Shown: positions 40,101-53,400 of the stretch, one piece after another
How the letters are laid out: every line of letters begins with the position of its first letter
How positions within the stretch are numbered: the stretch's first letter is position 1
Source: the human T2T-CHM13v2.0 reference genome, Homo sapiens
DNA: 64,000 nt
Assembly: GCF_009914755.1 (NCBI RefSeq)
Contig: NC_060940.1
Reading direction: 5' to 3' (one strand)
Position numbers and translations under genes: made by a program
The notes under the pieces: generated by a model
Seen by the model: the letters and a program-made list of their open reading frames with translations, nothing else
What the model was told of the DNA's origin: nothing
Databases searched by the model: none

Positions 40101-43100
40101 CCATTTGATTTCATTTGATGATGATTCCATTCGATGATGATTACATTGGATTCCATTCTATGATTCCATTCAATTCCATTCGTTGATGATTCGATTCCAT
40201 TAAATGATGATTCCATTTGAGTTCATTCGATGATTCTATTCGATTCCGTTCGATGGTGATTCAATTCTCTTATATTGGATGATTCCACTCGATTCCATTT
40301 GATGATTATTCCATTGGAGTCCACTTAGTGAATCCTTTAGATTCTACTCGAAGATGATTCCATTCGAGTCCATTCAATGATACCATTCAATTTCATTCGT
40401 TGATGCTTCCATTCAAGTGCATTCGATGATATCATTCGATTCCATTTGGTGATAATTCCATTTGATTCCATGCGATGATTCTATTCGATTCCATTCAATG
40501 ATAATTCCATTCAATTCAGTGATTCCTCTGGACTCCATTTGATGATGATTCCATTCAATGATTCCATTCGATTCTATTCCAAAATGATTCCATTTGAATC
40601 CATTTGATGATGATTCCATTAGATTCCATTTGATGATTCCATTCGATTCCATTTGACGATGATTCCATTCGATTCCATTTGATGATTCCATTCTATTCTA
40701 TTCGATGATGATTCCATTCGATTCCATTTGATGATGATTGGATTCGATTCCATTTGATGATTTCATTTGATTCCATTCGTTAATGATTTCGATCAACTCC
40801 ATTCGATGATTCCATTTGATTCCATTCGATAATGATTACATCCGAGTCCTTTCGATGATTCCATTTGAGCCTGTTCGATAATTCCATTTGAGTCCAATCA
40901 ATGATTCCATTCATTTCCATTCAATGATTCCATTCGAGTCCATTTGATCATTCTGGTAGGGTCCGTTCGATGTTGATTCCATTGGAGTGCATTCGATGAT
41001 TCCATTCGAGTCCATTTTATGATTTGATTCGAGTCCTTTCGATGATTCCATTCGATTCCACTCGATGATGATTTCATTCGAGTCCATTCGACACTTCCAA
41101 TCGATTCCATTTGATGTTTCCATTCGAGTCCAATTGATGATTCCATTCAATTCCATTCGATGATGATTCCGTACGATTCCATTCTGTGATGATTCCATGT
41201 GATTGCATTCAATGATGATTCCTTTCGATTGCATTCGATTATGATTCATTTCGTGTTCATTCTATGGTTCCACAGGTTTCCATTCGATGACGTTTCCGTT
41301 CGTGTCCATTCCATTATTCCATTCTATTTCATTTGATGATGATTCCATTCGATTCCATTCATTGGTGATTCCACTCAATTCCATTCAATGATTCCATTCC
41401 ATTTCTTTCAACAATGATTCCATTAGTTTCTAATCGATGATCCACTTGATTCCATTTGACGACGATTCCATTCTTGTCCATTCGATGATTCCATTTGATT
41501 CCATATGATGATGATTCCATTCGATTCCATACGATGATGATTCCATTCGAGTCCATTCAATGGTGATTCCATTCAATTCCATTCGATGATTCCTTTCGAT
41601 TCCATTCGATGATGATGGCATTCGATTCCTTTCAATCATTCCCTTTGATTCCATTCAAAGGTGATTTCATTCAAGTCCATTCGATAATTGCATTCGATTC
41701 CATTCTATGATGATTCCATTCGAGTCCATTTGATGATTCCATTCAATTCAAGTCAATGATGATTCCATTCGATTCCATTCGATGATTCCATTGGATTCCA
41801 TTCGATGATGATTCCATTCAAATCCATTCGATAATTCAATTCAAGTCCATTCGATGATGATTAAAATCGAATCCATTCAAAGATTCCATTCAGTTCCATT
41901 CGATGATTCCCTTAGATTCCATTCGATGATTCCACTTGATTTCATTTACGATGATTCCATTCGATTCCATGTGATGATTCCATTCAATTCTATTCAATGC
42001 TGTTTCCATTTGATTCCATTCGACCATGATTGCCTTTGATTCCATTCAATGACTCCATTCGGTTCCTTTTGATGATGATTCCGTTCGATTCCATTTCATT
42101 ATTCCATTTGATTCCATTGGATGAGTCCATTCGATTACATTCGATGATTATTCCATTCGAGTGCATTAGATGATTCCATTCGAGTCCATTCGATGATTCC
42201 ATTCGATTCCATTCGATGTTGATTCTGTTCAAATCCATTCGATGATTCCACTCGATTCCATTCGATGACTCCAGTTGATCCCATTCGATGATTTCCTTTG
42301 ATTCCCTTTGATGATCATTCCATTTGATTCAATTCGGTGATTTCATTTGATTCCATTCAGTGATGTTTCCATTCGACTCCATTCGATGATGATTCCATTC
42401 GACTCCATTCGATTATGATTTCATTCAATTCCATTCGATAATGATTCCCTTTGAGTCCATTCGATGATTCCATTCGATTCCATTCAACGATGATTTGATT
42501 CGTGTCCATTCGATGATTCCATTTGATTCCACTTGATGATGATTCCATTCGAGTCCATTTGATGATTCCATTCAATTCCATTCTCCGATGATTTCTTTTG
42601 AGCCCACTCAATGCTTCCACTCGATTCCATATGATGATGACTCCATTCGATGAAATTCGATGATGATTCCATTCGCTTGCATTCGATGATGATTCCACTT
42701 GAGTCCATTAGAAGATTCTATTCAATTACATTCCATGACGATTCCGTTCGAGTCCATTTGATGATTCCATTAGACTCCATTCGACGATGATTCCATTCGA
42801 TGTTATTCGATGATTCCATTCGATCTCATTCGATGATGATTCCATTCAACTCCATTCGATGTTTCCATTCGAGTTCATTCTATTATTCCATTAGATTCCA
42901 TTCGATGATGATTCCATTCGATTCCATTTGATGATTGCATTCTATTTCATTTGATGATGATTCCATTCGAGTCCACTCGATGATTCCATTCGAGTCCATT
43001 TAATGAATCCATTGGTTTCAATTCTATGATGATTACATTGGATTCCATTCGTTGATGATTTCATTCGGTTCCATTCAATGATGATTCCATTCAATTCCTT

Positions 43101-45562
43101 TCAATGTTTCCATTCAATTCCATACGATGATGATTCCATTTGATTTGATTCGACAGGGAGCCATTCGATTCAATTCCATGATGATTCTATTTGATTCCAT
43201 TGGTTGACATTTCCATTCGATTCCATTCGATGATGATTCCCTTTGATTCCATTCAAAGATGATTCCATTCTAGCCCATTCAATCATTCCATTCGATTCTA
43301 TTCAATGATGATTCCATTCATGTCGATTTGGTGATTCCATTTGACTTCATTTGATGATGATTCCTTTCAAGTTCATTAGATGATTCCATTCGATTCCATT
43401 TGATGATGATCCCATTCGAGTCCATTCAGTGATTCCACTCGTTTCCATTCCATGATGATTCCATTCCATTCCATTCAATGATTCCATTCGATTCCGTTTG
43501 ATGATGATTTCATTCGAGTCCATTTGATGATTCCACTTGATTCCATTCGATGATGATTCCATTCGAGTCCATTCGATGATTCTATTCGAATCCATTTGAT
43601 GATTTCTTTTGATTATAGTTGGTGATGATTCCATTGGAGTCCATTCAATGATTCCATTTGATTCCAGTCTCTGATGATTACATTCGAGTCCATACGATGA
43701 TTCCACTCAATTCCATATGATGATGATTCCATTCGATTCCATTCGGTGATTCCATTCTATTCTATTCAATGGTGATTCCATTCGAGTACATTAGATGATT
43801 CCATTCGATTCCATTCAATGATGATTCTATTTGTGTCCCTTAGATGATTCCACATGATTCCATTAGATGATGATACTATTTGAGCCCATCCAATGATACC
43901 CTTCGATATCATTCGATGAGGATTCCATTCGATTCAATTCATTGGTGATTCTATTCAATTCAATTCTTTGATTCCATTCCATTCCATTCGACAATGATTC
44001 CATTCGATTTCTTTCGATGATTCCACTCGATTCCACTTGACATTGATTCCCTTCGATTCCATTCAATGATTCCATTTGATTCCAGTGGATGATGATTGCC
44101 ATCGATTCCATTCGATCACTCCATTCTATTCCATTTGATGATGATTACATTCGATTCCATTTGACGATTCCATCTGATTCTATTCGAGGATTCCATTTGA
44201 TTCCATTCGATGATGATTCCATTCGAGTCCATTCGATGATTTCATTCGAGTACATCCAATGATTCCATTCGAGTCCATTTGATGATTCCATTTGATTCCA
44301 TTTGATAATGATTCTACTAGAGTCCATTCAATGACTCCATTCGAGTCCATTCAACAATTCCATTCGACTCCATTTGATGATTCCATTGGATTCCATTTGA
44401 TGATTCCATTCGAGTCCATTTAATCATTACAGTCGAGTCCATTTGGTGATTCCACCGGATTTCTTTTGATAATGATACCATTCAATTACATTTGATGATG
44501 ATCCCATTCAATTTCATTTGATGATGATTCCATTAGAGTCCATTCGATGATTTCATTCGAGTCCCTTCATTGATTCCATCCGATTTCATTGGATGATGAC
44601 TCCATTCGAGTCCATTCGATGATTCCACTCGATTCCATTAGATGATTCCATTGGAGTCCATTTGATTGTTCCATTCGATTCCATTCGATTCCTTTCGAAG
44701 ATTATTCCATTTGAGTCCATTCGATGATGATTCCATTCCATTCCATTCGATGATTCCGTTTGATTCCATTCGATGATTCCCTTCGATTCCTTTCTTTGAT
44801 GATTCCATTCCATTCCATTCAATGATTCCATTCGAATCTATTCCATGATGATTCCTTTCGATTCCATTCGCTGATGTTTCCGTTCAATTCCATTCGATGA
44901 TGATTCCATTCGATTCCATTCATTGAGGATTCCATTTGATTCCATTCAATGATGATTCCGTTCTATTCCATTCAATGATTGCATTCAATTCCATTCAATG
45001 ATTATCCCCTTAGAGTAAACTCAACGATTCCATTCAATACCATTCGATGATGATTCCTTTTGAGTCCATTCAATGATTTCATTCAAGTCCATTTGATGAT
45101 TCCTTTCAATTCCATTCTATGATGATTCCATTCGAGTCCATTCGATGATTCCATTCGATTGCATTCGATTATTCCATTATATTCCAGTCAACGATGATTC
45201 CATTCGAGTCCATTCGATGATTCCATTAGAGTACATTTAATGATTGCTTTGTTTTCAATTCGAAGATGATTACATTGGATTCCATTCTATGATACCATTC
45301 GATTCCATTCAATGATGATTCTACTCAAATCCATTGGATGATTCCATTCGTGTCCATTCGGTGATTTCATTAGATTCCATTCGAGGATGATTCCATTCGA
45401 TTCCATTCGATGATTCCATTCAATTCCATTCGAGGATGATTCCATTCCAGTCCATATGATCATTCCATTTGATTTCATTCGATGATGATTCCATTCGATT
45501 CCATTCGATGATTCCATTCTATTCCATTCGATGATGATTCCATTCGAGTCCATTCGATGATT
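33277..45562 (+). repeat. Recent tandem duplication, 2 x 6,079 bp (crossover window 33277-33404 / 39356-39483 / 45435-45562)
   Basis: ORFs from 34334 to 38752 recur at +6079 with identical translations. Private variants GATTAAATATGAG, GGGTACGTTCG, CCACTGGATTTCAC and GATGATTGTATTTG are present in both copies. Confidence 0.88.
34199..40277 (+). repeat. Unit 7 (Q-like mosaic): 6,079 bp = 6,112 + 16 - 49
   Basis: Landmark spacing 34334 to 40413. It carries the 16-bp TTCGATGACGTTTCCG stretch near 35205 and the 49-bp deletion near 37575. Confidence 0.86.
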
Positions 45563-46356
45563 CCATTCGAGTCCATTTAATGATTCCATTGGGTTCAATT
45601 CAATGATGATTACATTGGATTCCGTTCTATGATTCCATTCAATTCCGTTCATTGACAATTTGATTCCATTCGATGATGATTCCATTTGAGTTCATTCGAT
45701 GATTCTATTCGATTCTCTTCGATGGTGATTCAATTCTATTATATTGGATGATTCCATTCGATTCCATTTGATGTTGATTCAATTCGATTCTATTCGATGA
45801 TGATTCCATTGGATTTCACTTGATGATTCTATTCGATTCCATTCAATGATGATTCACTTCTCGTCCATTGGATGATTCCATTTCATTCCATTCGATGATG
45901 ATTCCATTCGATTCCATTCGATGATTCCATTTGATTCCATGCGACGGTGAGCAATTCGATTCAATTCCATGATGATTCTATTTGATTCAATTAGATGATG
46001 TTTCCATTCGAATCCATTCCATGATTATTCCATTGGAATCCATTTGGCGATGATTCCATATGAGTCAATTCAATGATGATTCCATATGGGTCCGTTCGAT
46101 GATAATTCCATTTGATTTCATTCGATGCTTCTATTCTATTCCAGTCGATGATGATTCCGTTGGAGTCCATACGATGATTCCATTTGATTTCATTTGATGA
46201 TGATTCCATTCGATGATGATTACATTGGATTCCATTCTATGATTCCATTCAATTCCATTCGTTGATGATTCGATTCCATTCAATGATGATTCCATTTGAG
46301 TTCATTCGATGATTCTATTCGATTCCGTTCGATGGTGATTCAATTCTCTTATATTG
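40278..46356 (+). repeat. Unit 8 (Q-like mosaic): 6,079 bp
   Basis: Landmark spacing 40413 to 46492. It has the same indels as unit 7. Confidence 0.86.
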
Positions 46357-49300
46357 GATGATTCCACTCGATTCCATTTGATGATTATTCCATTGGAGTC
46401 CACTTAGTGAATCCTTTAGATTCTACTCGAAGATGATTCCATTCGAGTCCATTCAATGATACCATTCAATTTCATTCATTCATGCTTCCATTCAAATGCA
46501 TTCGATGATATCACTCGATTCCATTTGATGATAATTCCATTTGATTCCATGCGATGATTCTATTCGATTCCATTCAATGATAATTCCATTCAATTCAGTG
46601 ATTCCTCTGGACTCCATTTGATGATGATTCCATTCAATGATTCCATTCGATTCTATTCCAAAATGATTCCATTTGAATCCATTTGATGATGATTCCATTA
46701 GATTCCATTTGATGATTCCATTCAATTGCATTTGACGATGATTCCATTCGATTCCATTTGATGATTCCATTCTATTCTATTCTATGATGATTCCATTCGA
46801 TTCCATTTGATGATGATTGGATTCGATTCCATTTGATGATTTCATTTGATTCCATTCGTTAATGATTTCGATCAACTCCATTCGATGATTCCATTTGATT
46901 CCATTCGATAATGATTACATCCGAGTCCATTCGATGATTCCATTTGAGCCCGTTCGATAATTCCATTTGAGTCCAATCAATGATTCCATACATTTCCATT
47001 CAATGATTCCATTCGAGTCCATTTGATCATTCTGGTAGGGTCCGTTCGATGTTGATTCCATTGGAGTGCATTCGATGATTCCATTCAAGTCCATTTTATG
47101 ATTTGATTCGAGTCCTTTCGATGATTCCATTCGATTCCACTCGATGATGATTTCATTCGAGTCCATTCGACACTTCCAATCGATTCCATTTGATGTTTCC
47201 ATTCGAGTCCAATTGATGATTCCATTCAATTGCATTCGATGATGATTCCGTACGACTCCATTCTGTGATGATTCCATGTGATTGCATTCAATGATGATTC
47301 CTTTCGACTGCATTCGATTATGATTCATTTCGTGTTCATTCTATGGTTCCACAGGTTTCCATTCGATGACGTTTCCGTTCGTGTCCATTCCATTATTCCA
47401 TTCTATTTCATTTGATGATGATTCCATTCGATTCCATTCATTGGTGATTCCACTCAATTCCATTCAATGATTCCATTCCATTTCTTTCAACAATGATTCC
47501 ATTAGTTTCTATTCGATGATCCACTTGATTCCATTTGGCGATGATTCCATTCGTGTCCATTCGATGATTCCATTTGATTCCATATGATGATGATTCCATT
47601 CGATTCCATACCATGATGATTCCATTCGAGTCCATTCAATGGTGATTCCATTCAATTCCATTCGATGATTCCTTCCGATTCCATTCGATGATGATGGCAT
47701 TCGATTCCTTTCAATCATTCCCTTTGATTCCATTCAAAGGTGATTTCATTCAAGTCCATTCGATAATTGCATTCGATTCCATTCTATGATGATTCCATTC
47801 GAGTCCATTTGATGATTCCATTCAATTCAAGTCAATGATGATTCCATTCGATTCCACTCGATGATTCCATTGGATTCCATTCGATGATGATTCCATTCAA
47901 ATCCATTCGATAATTCAATTCAAGTCCATTCGATGATGATTCCAATCGAATCCATTCAAAGATTCCATTCAATTCCATTCGATGATGATTCCCTTAGATT
48001 CCATTCGATGATTCCACTTGATTCCATTTACGATGATTCCATTCGATTCCATGTGATGAATCCATTCAGTTCTATTCAATGATGTTTCCATTTGATTCCA
48101 TTGGACCATGATTGCCTTTGATTCCATTCAATGATTCCATTCGGTTCCATTTGATGATGATTCCGTTCGATTCCATTTCATTATTCCATTTGATTCCATT
48201 GGATGAGTCCATTCGATTACATTCGATGATTATTCCATTCGAGTGCATTAGATGATTGCATTCGAGTCCATTCGATGATTCCATTCGATTCCATTCGATG
48301 TTGATTCTGTTCAAATCCATTCGATGATTCCACTCGATTCCATTAGATGACTCCATTTGATCACATTCGATGATTTCCTGTGATTCCCTTTGATGATCAT
48401 TCTATTTGATTCAATTCGGTGATTTCATTTCATTGCATTCAGTGATGTTTCCATTCGACTGTATTCGATGATGATTCCATTCGACTCCATTCGATTATGA
48501 TTTCATTCAATTCCATTCAATAATGATTCCCTTCGAGTCCATTCGATGATTCCATTCGATTCCATTCAACGATGATTTGATTCGTTTCCATTCGATGATT
48601 CCATTTGATTCCACTTGATGATGATTCCATTCGAGTCTATTTATGTATTATATTCGTGTCCACTTCATGATTCCATTCAATTCCATTTAATGTTGATTCC
48701 ATTTGATTCCATTTGATGATTCAGTTCGATTCCTTGCAATGATTCCCTACGATTCCTTTCTATGATGATTCCATTCGATTCCATTCATTGATGATTTCAT
48801 TCGACTCCATTCGATGATGATTCCTTTCGATTCCATTTGACGATGTTTCCATTCGAGTCCATTCGATCATGATTCTATTCAATTCTGTTCTATTATGATT
48901 CCATTCGATTTCATTCAATGCTTCTATTTGATTCCATTCGATGATGATTCCATCTCTTTCCCTTCGATGATTCCATTTGATTCCATTCAGTGATGATTCC
49001 ATTTGATTCCATCTGATGATGATTTCACTTGATTCCTTTCAATGATGATTCAATTCAAGTCCATTCGATGATTCCATTGGAGTCCAAACGATCATTCCGT
49101 TCGATTCCATTCAATGGTGATTCCATTCATGTCCATTCGATGAATCCATTCAATTCCATTCGATGATGACTCCATTCGAGTACATTCGATGATTCCATTT
49201 GATTCCATTTGAAGATGATTCCATTCAATTCCATTCGAAGATGATTCCATTCAATTCCATTCGATGATGATTCCGTATGAATCCATTCTCTGATTATTCC

Positions 49301-50463
49301 ATTCGATTCCATTCATTGACGATTCCATTCAATTCCATTCAATGATGATTCTCTTCTATTCCATTCGATGATTCCGGTCGATTCCATTCGATGATGATTC
49401 CATTAGATTCCATTCGATTGTTGCATTCGATTCCCTTCGATGATGATTCCTTTGAATTCCATTCGATTATCATTCCGTATGAATCCATTTGATGATTATT
49501 CCATTGGATTCCTTTCGATGATGATTCCATTCGATTCCATTTGATGATGTTTCTCTTGTATTCCATTGGATAATTCCTTTCAGTTCCCTTCGATGATTAT
49601 TCTTTCGAGTCAATTCGATGATTCTATTCCATTCCCTTCGATGATGATTCCATTTCACTCCATTTGATGATTCCATTCGACTCAATTTGGTGATGATTCA
49701 ATTCGATGACATTCGATGACTCCATTCAATTTCATTTGATGATGATTGCATTCGAGTCCATTTGATGATTGTATTCCTTTCCTTTTGATGATTATTCCAT
49801 TCGTGTCTATTCAAAGATTCCATTCTATTCCATTCAATGATGATTGCATTTGATTCCATTCAATGATTATGGCTATCGATTCCACTCGTTGATTCCATTT
49901 GATTCCGTTCGAGGATTATTCCGTTAGATTCCATTAGAAGATTCCATTCGATTTTATTCAATGATTCCAATGGATTCCATTCAATGATGATTCCATTCGA
50001 CTCCATTCAGTGATTCCATTCGAGTCCATTTGATGATTCCATTTTTTTCCATTTGATGATGATTCCATTAGGGTCCATTCAATGATTCCATTCGAGTCCA
50101 TTCGTTAACGCCTTTCGAGTCCTTTTGATCACTACATTCGAGTCCATTCAATGATTCTATTCGATTCCATTCGATGATGATTCCATTCGAGTTCATTCGA
50201 TGATTGCATTCGAGTCCATTTGATGATTCCAAATGATTCCATTCGACAATGATTCCATTCGTGTCCATTTGATGATTCCATTCATTTCCTATCGATGAAG
50301 ATTCCGTTCAAGTGTATTCGATGATTCCATTCAAATCCATTCGATGATGATTCCATTCCAGTCCATTCGATCATTCCACTTGATTCCATTTGATGACTAT
50401 TCCATTCAAATCCATTTGATGATTCCATTCGATTCCATTCGATGTTACCATTCGAGTATATAC
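46357..50463 (+). repeat. Unit 9 (type S, short variant): 4,107 bp
   Basis: Landmark spacing 46492 to 50599. It matches unit 3 minus one 23-bp unit just before segment X (the offset changes from 33191 to 33168). Confidence 0.88.
48633..50463 (+). repeat. Alternative HSat2 segment X, copy 2 (1,831 bp)
   Basis: Colinear with 15465-17295 at a constant offset of 33168 (ORF ends 15592/48760, 15959/49127, 16171/49339, 16900/50068), with scattered substitutions. Confidence 0.87.
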
Positions 50464-53400
50464 GATGATTCCACTCGATTCCATTTGATGATTATTCCAT
50501 TGGAGTCCACTTAGTGAATCCTTTAGATTCTACTGGAAGATGATTCCCTTCGAGTCCATTTGATGATACCATTCAATTCCATTCGTTGATGCTTCCATTC
50601 AAGTGCATTCGATGATATCATTCGATTCCATTTGATGATAATTCCATTTGATTCCATGCGATGATTCTATTCGATTCCATTCAATGATAATTCCATTCAA
50701 TTCAGTGATTCCTCTGGACTCCATTTGATGATGATTCCATTCAATGATTCCATTCGATTCTATTCGAAAATGATTCCATTTGAATCCATTTGATGATGAT
50801 TCCATTGGATTCCATTTGATGATTCCATTCGATTCCATTCGATGATGATTCCATTCGATTCCATTTGATGATTCCATTCTATTGCATTCGATGATGATTC
50901 CATTCGATTCCATTCGATGATGATTGGATTCGATTCCATTTGATTCCATTCGATAATGATTTCGATCAATTCCATTCGATGATTCCATTCGATTCCATTC
51001 GATAATGATTACATCCGAGTCCATTCGATGATTCCATTTGAGCCCGTTCGATAATTCCATTTGAGTCCAATCAATGATTCCATTCATTTCCATTCAATGA
51101 TTCCATTCGAGTCCATTTGATCATTCCGGTAGGGTCCGTTCGATGTTGATTCCATTGGTGTGCATTCGATGATTCCATTCGAGTCCATTTTAGGATTTGA
51201 TTCGAGTCCTTTCGATGATTCCATTCGATTCCACTCGATGATTTCATTCGAGTCCATTCGACACTTCCAATCGATTCCATTTGATGTTTCCATTCGATTC
51301 CAATTGATGATTCCATTCAATTCCATTCGATGATGATTCCGTACGATTCCATTCTGTGATGATTCCATGTGATTGCATTCAATGATGATTCCTTTCGATT
51401 GCATTCGATTATGATTCATTTCGTGTTCATTCTATGGTTCCACAGGTTTCCATTCGATGATGTTTCCATTCGTGTCCATTCCATTATTCCATTCTATTCC
51501 ATTTGAAGATGATTCCATTCGATTCCATTCATTGGTGATTCCACTCAATTCCATTCAATGATTCCATTCCATTTCTTTCAACAATGATTCCATTAGTTTC
51601 TATTCGATGATCCACTTGATTCCATTTGACGATGATTCCATTCGTGTCCATTCGATGATTCCATTTGATTCCATATGATGATGATTCCATTCGATTCCAT
51701 ACGATGATGATTCCATTCGAGTCCATTCAATGGTGATTCCATTCAATTCCATTCGATGATTCCTTTTGATTCCATTCAATGATGATGGCATTCGATTCCT
51801 TTCGATCATTCCCTTTGATTCCATTCAAAGGTGATTTCATTCAAGTCCATTCGATAATTGCATTCGATTCCATTCTATGATGATTCCATTCGAGTCCATT
51901 TGATGATTCCATTCAATTCAAGTCAATGATGATTCCATTCGATTCCACTCGATGATTCCATTGGATTCCATTCGATGATGATTCCATTCAAATCCATTCG
52001 ATAATTCAATTCAAGTCCATTCGATGATGATTCCAATCGAATCCATTCAAAGATTCCACTCAATTCCATTCGATGATGATTCCCTTAGATTCCATTCGAT
52101 GATTCCACTTGATTCCATTTACGATGATTCCATTCGATTCCATGTGATGATTCCATTCAATTCTATTCAATGATGTTTCCACTTGATTCCATTCGAACAT
52201 GATTGCCTTTGATTCCATTCAATGATTCCATACGGTTCCATTTGATGATGATTCCATTCGAGTGCATTAGATGATTCCATTCGAGTCCATTCGATGATTC
52301 CATTCGATTCCATTCGATGTTGATTCTGTTCAAATCCATTCGATGATTCCACTCGATTCCATTCGATGACTCCATTTGATCCCATTCGATGATTTCCTTT
52401 GATTCCCTTTGATGATCATTCCATTTGATTCAATTCGGTGATTTCATTTGATTCCATTCAGTGATGTTTCCATTCAACTCCTTTCGATGATGATTCCATT
52501 CGACTCCATTCGATTATGATTTCATTCAATTCCATTCGATAATGATTCCCTTCAAGTCCATTCGATGATTCCATTCGATTCCATTCAACGATGATTTGAT
52601 TCGTGTCCATTCGATGATTCCATTTGATTCCATTTGATGATGATTCCATTCGAGTCCCTTTGATGATTCCATTCAATTCCATTCTCCGATGAATTCTTTT
52701 GAGCCCATTCAATGCTTCCACTCGATTCCATATGATGATGACTCCATTTGATGAAATTCCATGATGATTCCATTCGCTTGCATTCGATGATGATTCCACT
52801 TGAGTCCGTTAGAAGATTCTATTCAATTACATTCCATGACGATTCTGTTCGAGTCCATTTGATGATTCCATTAGACTCCATTTGACGATGATTCCATTCG
52901 ATGTTATTCGATGATGCTTCCATTCAACTCCATTCGATGTTTCCATTCGAGTTCATTCTATTATTCCATTAGATTCCATTCGATGATGATTCCATTCGAT
53001 TCCATTTGATGATTGCATTCTGTTTCATTTGATGATGATTCCATTCGAGTCCATTCGATGATTCCATTCGAGTCCATTTAATGAATCCATTGGTTTCAAT
53101 TCTATGATGATTACATTGGATTCCATTCGTTGAGGATTTCATTCGATTCCATTCAATGATGATTCCATTCAATTCCATTCAATGATTCCATTCAATTCCA
53201 TACGATGATGATTCCATTTGATTTGATTCGACAGTGAGCCATTCGATTCAATTCCATGATGATTCTATTTGATTCAATTGGTTGACATTTCCATTCGATT
53301 CCATTCGATGATGATTCCATTTGATTCCATTCAAAGATGATTCCATTCTAGCCCATTCAATCATTCCATTCGATTCTATTCAATGATGATTCCATTCATG

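Noticed and set aside
50599-51093. Longest ORF (164 aa)
   Set aside because: It arises from a 13-bp deletion near 50940 that fuses two satellite reading frames. There is no evidence of coding function.
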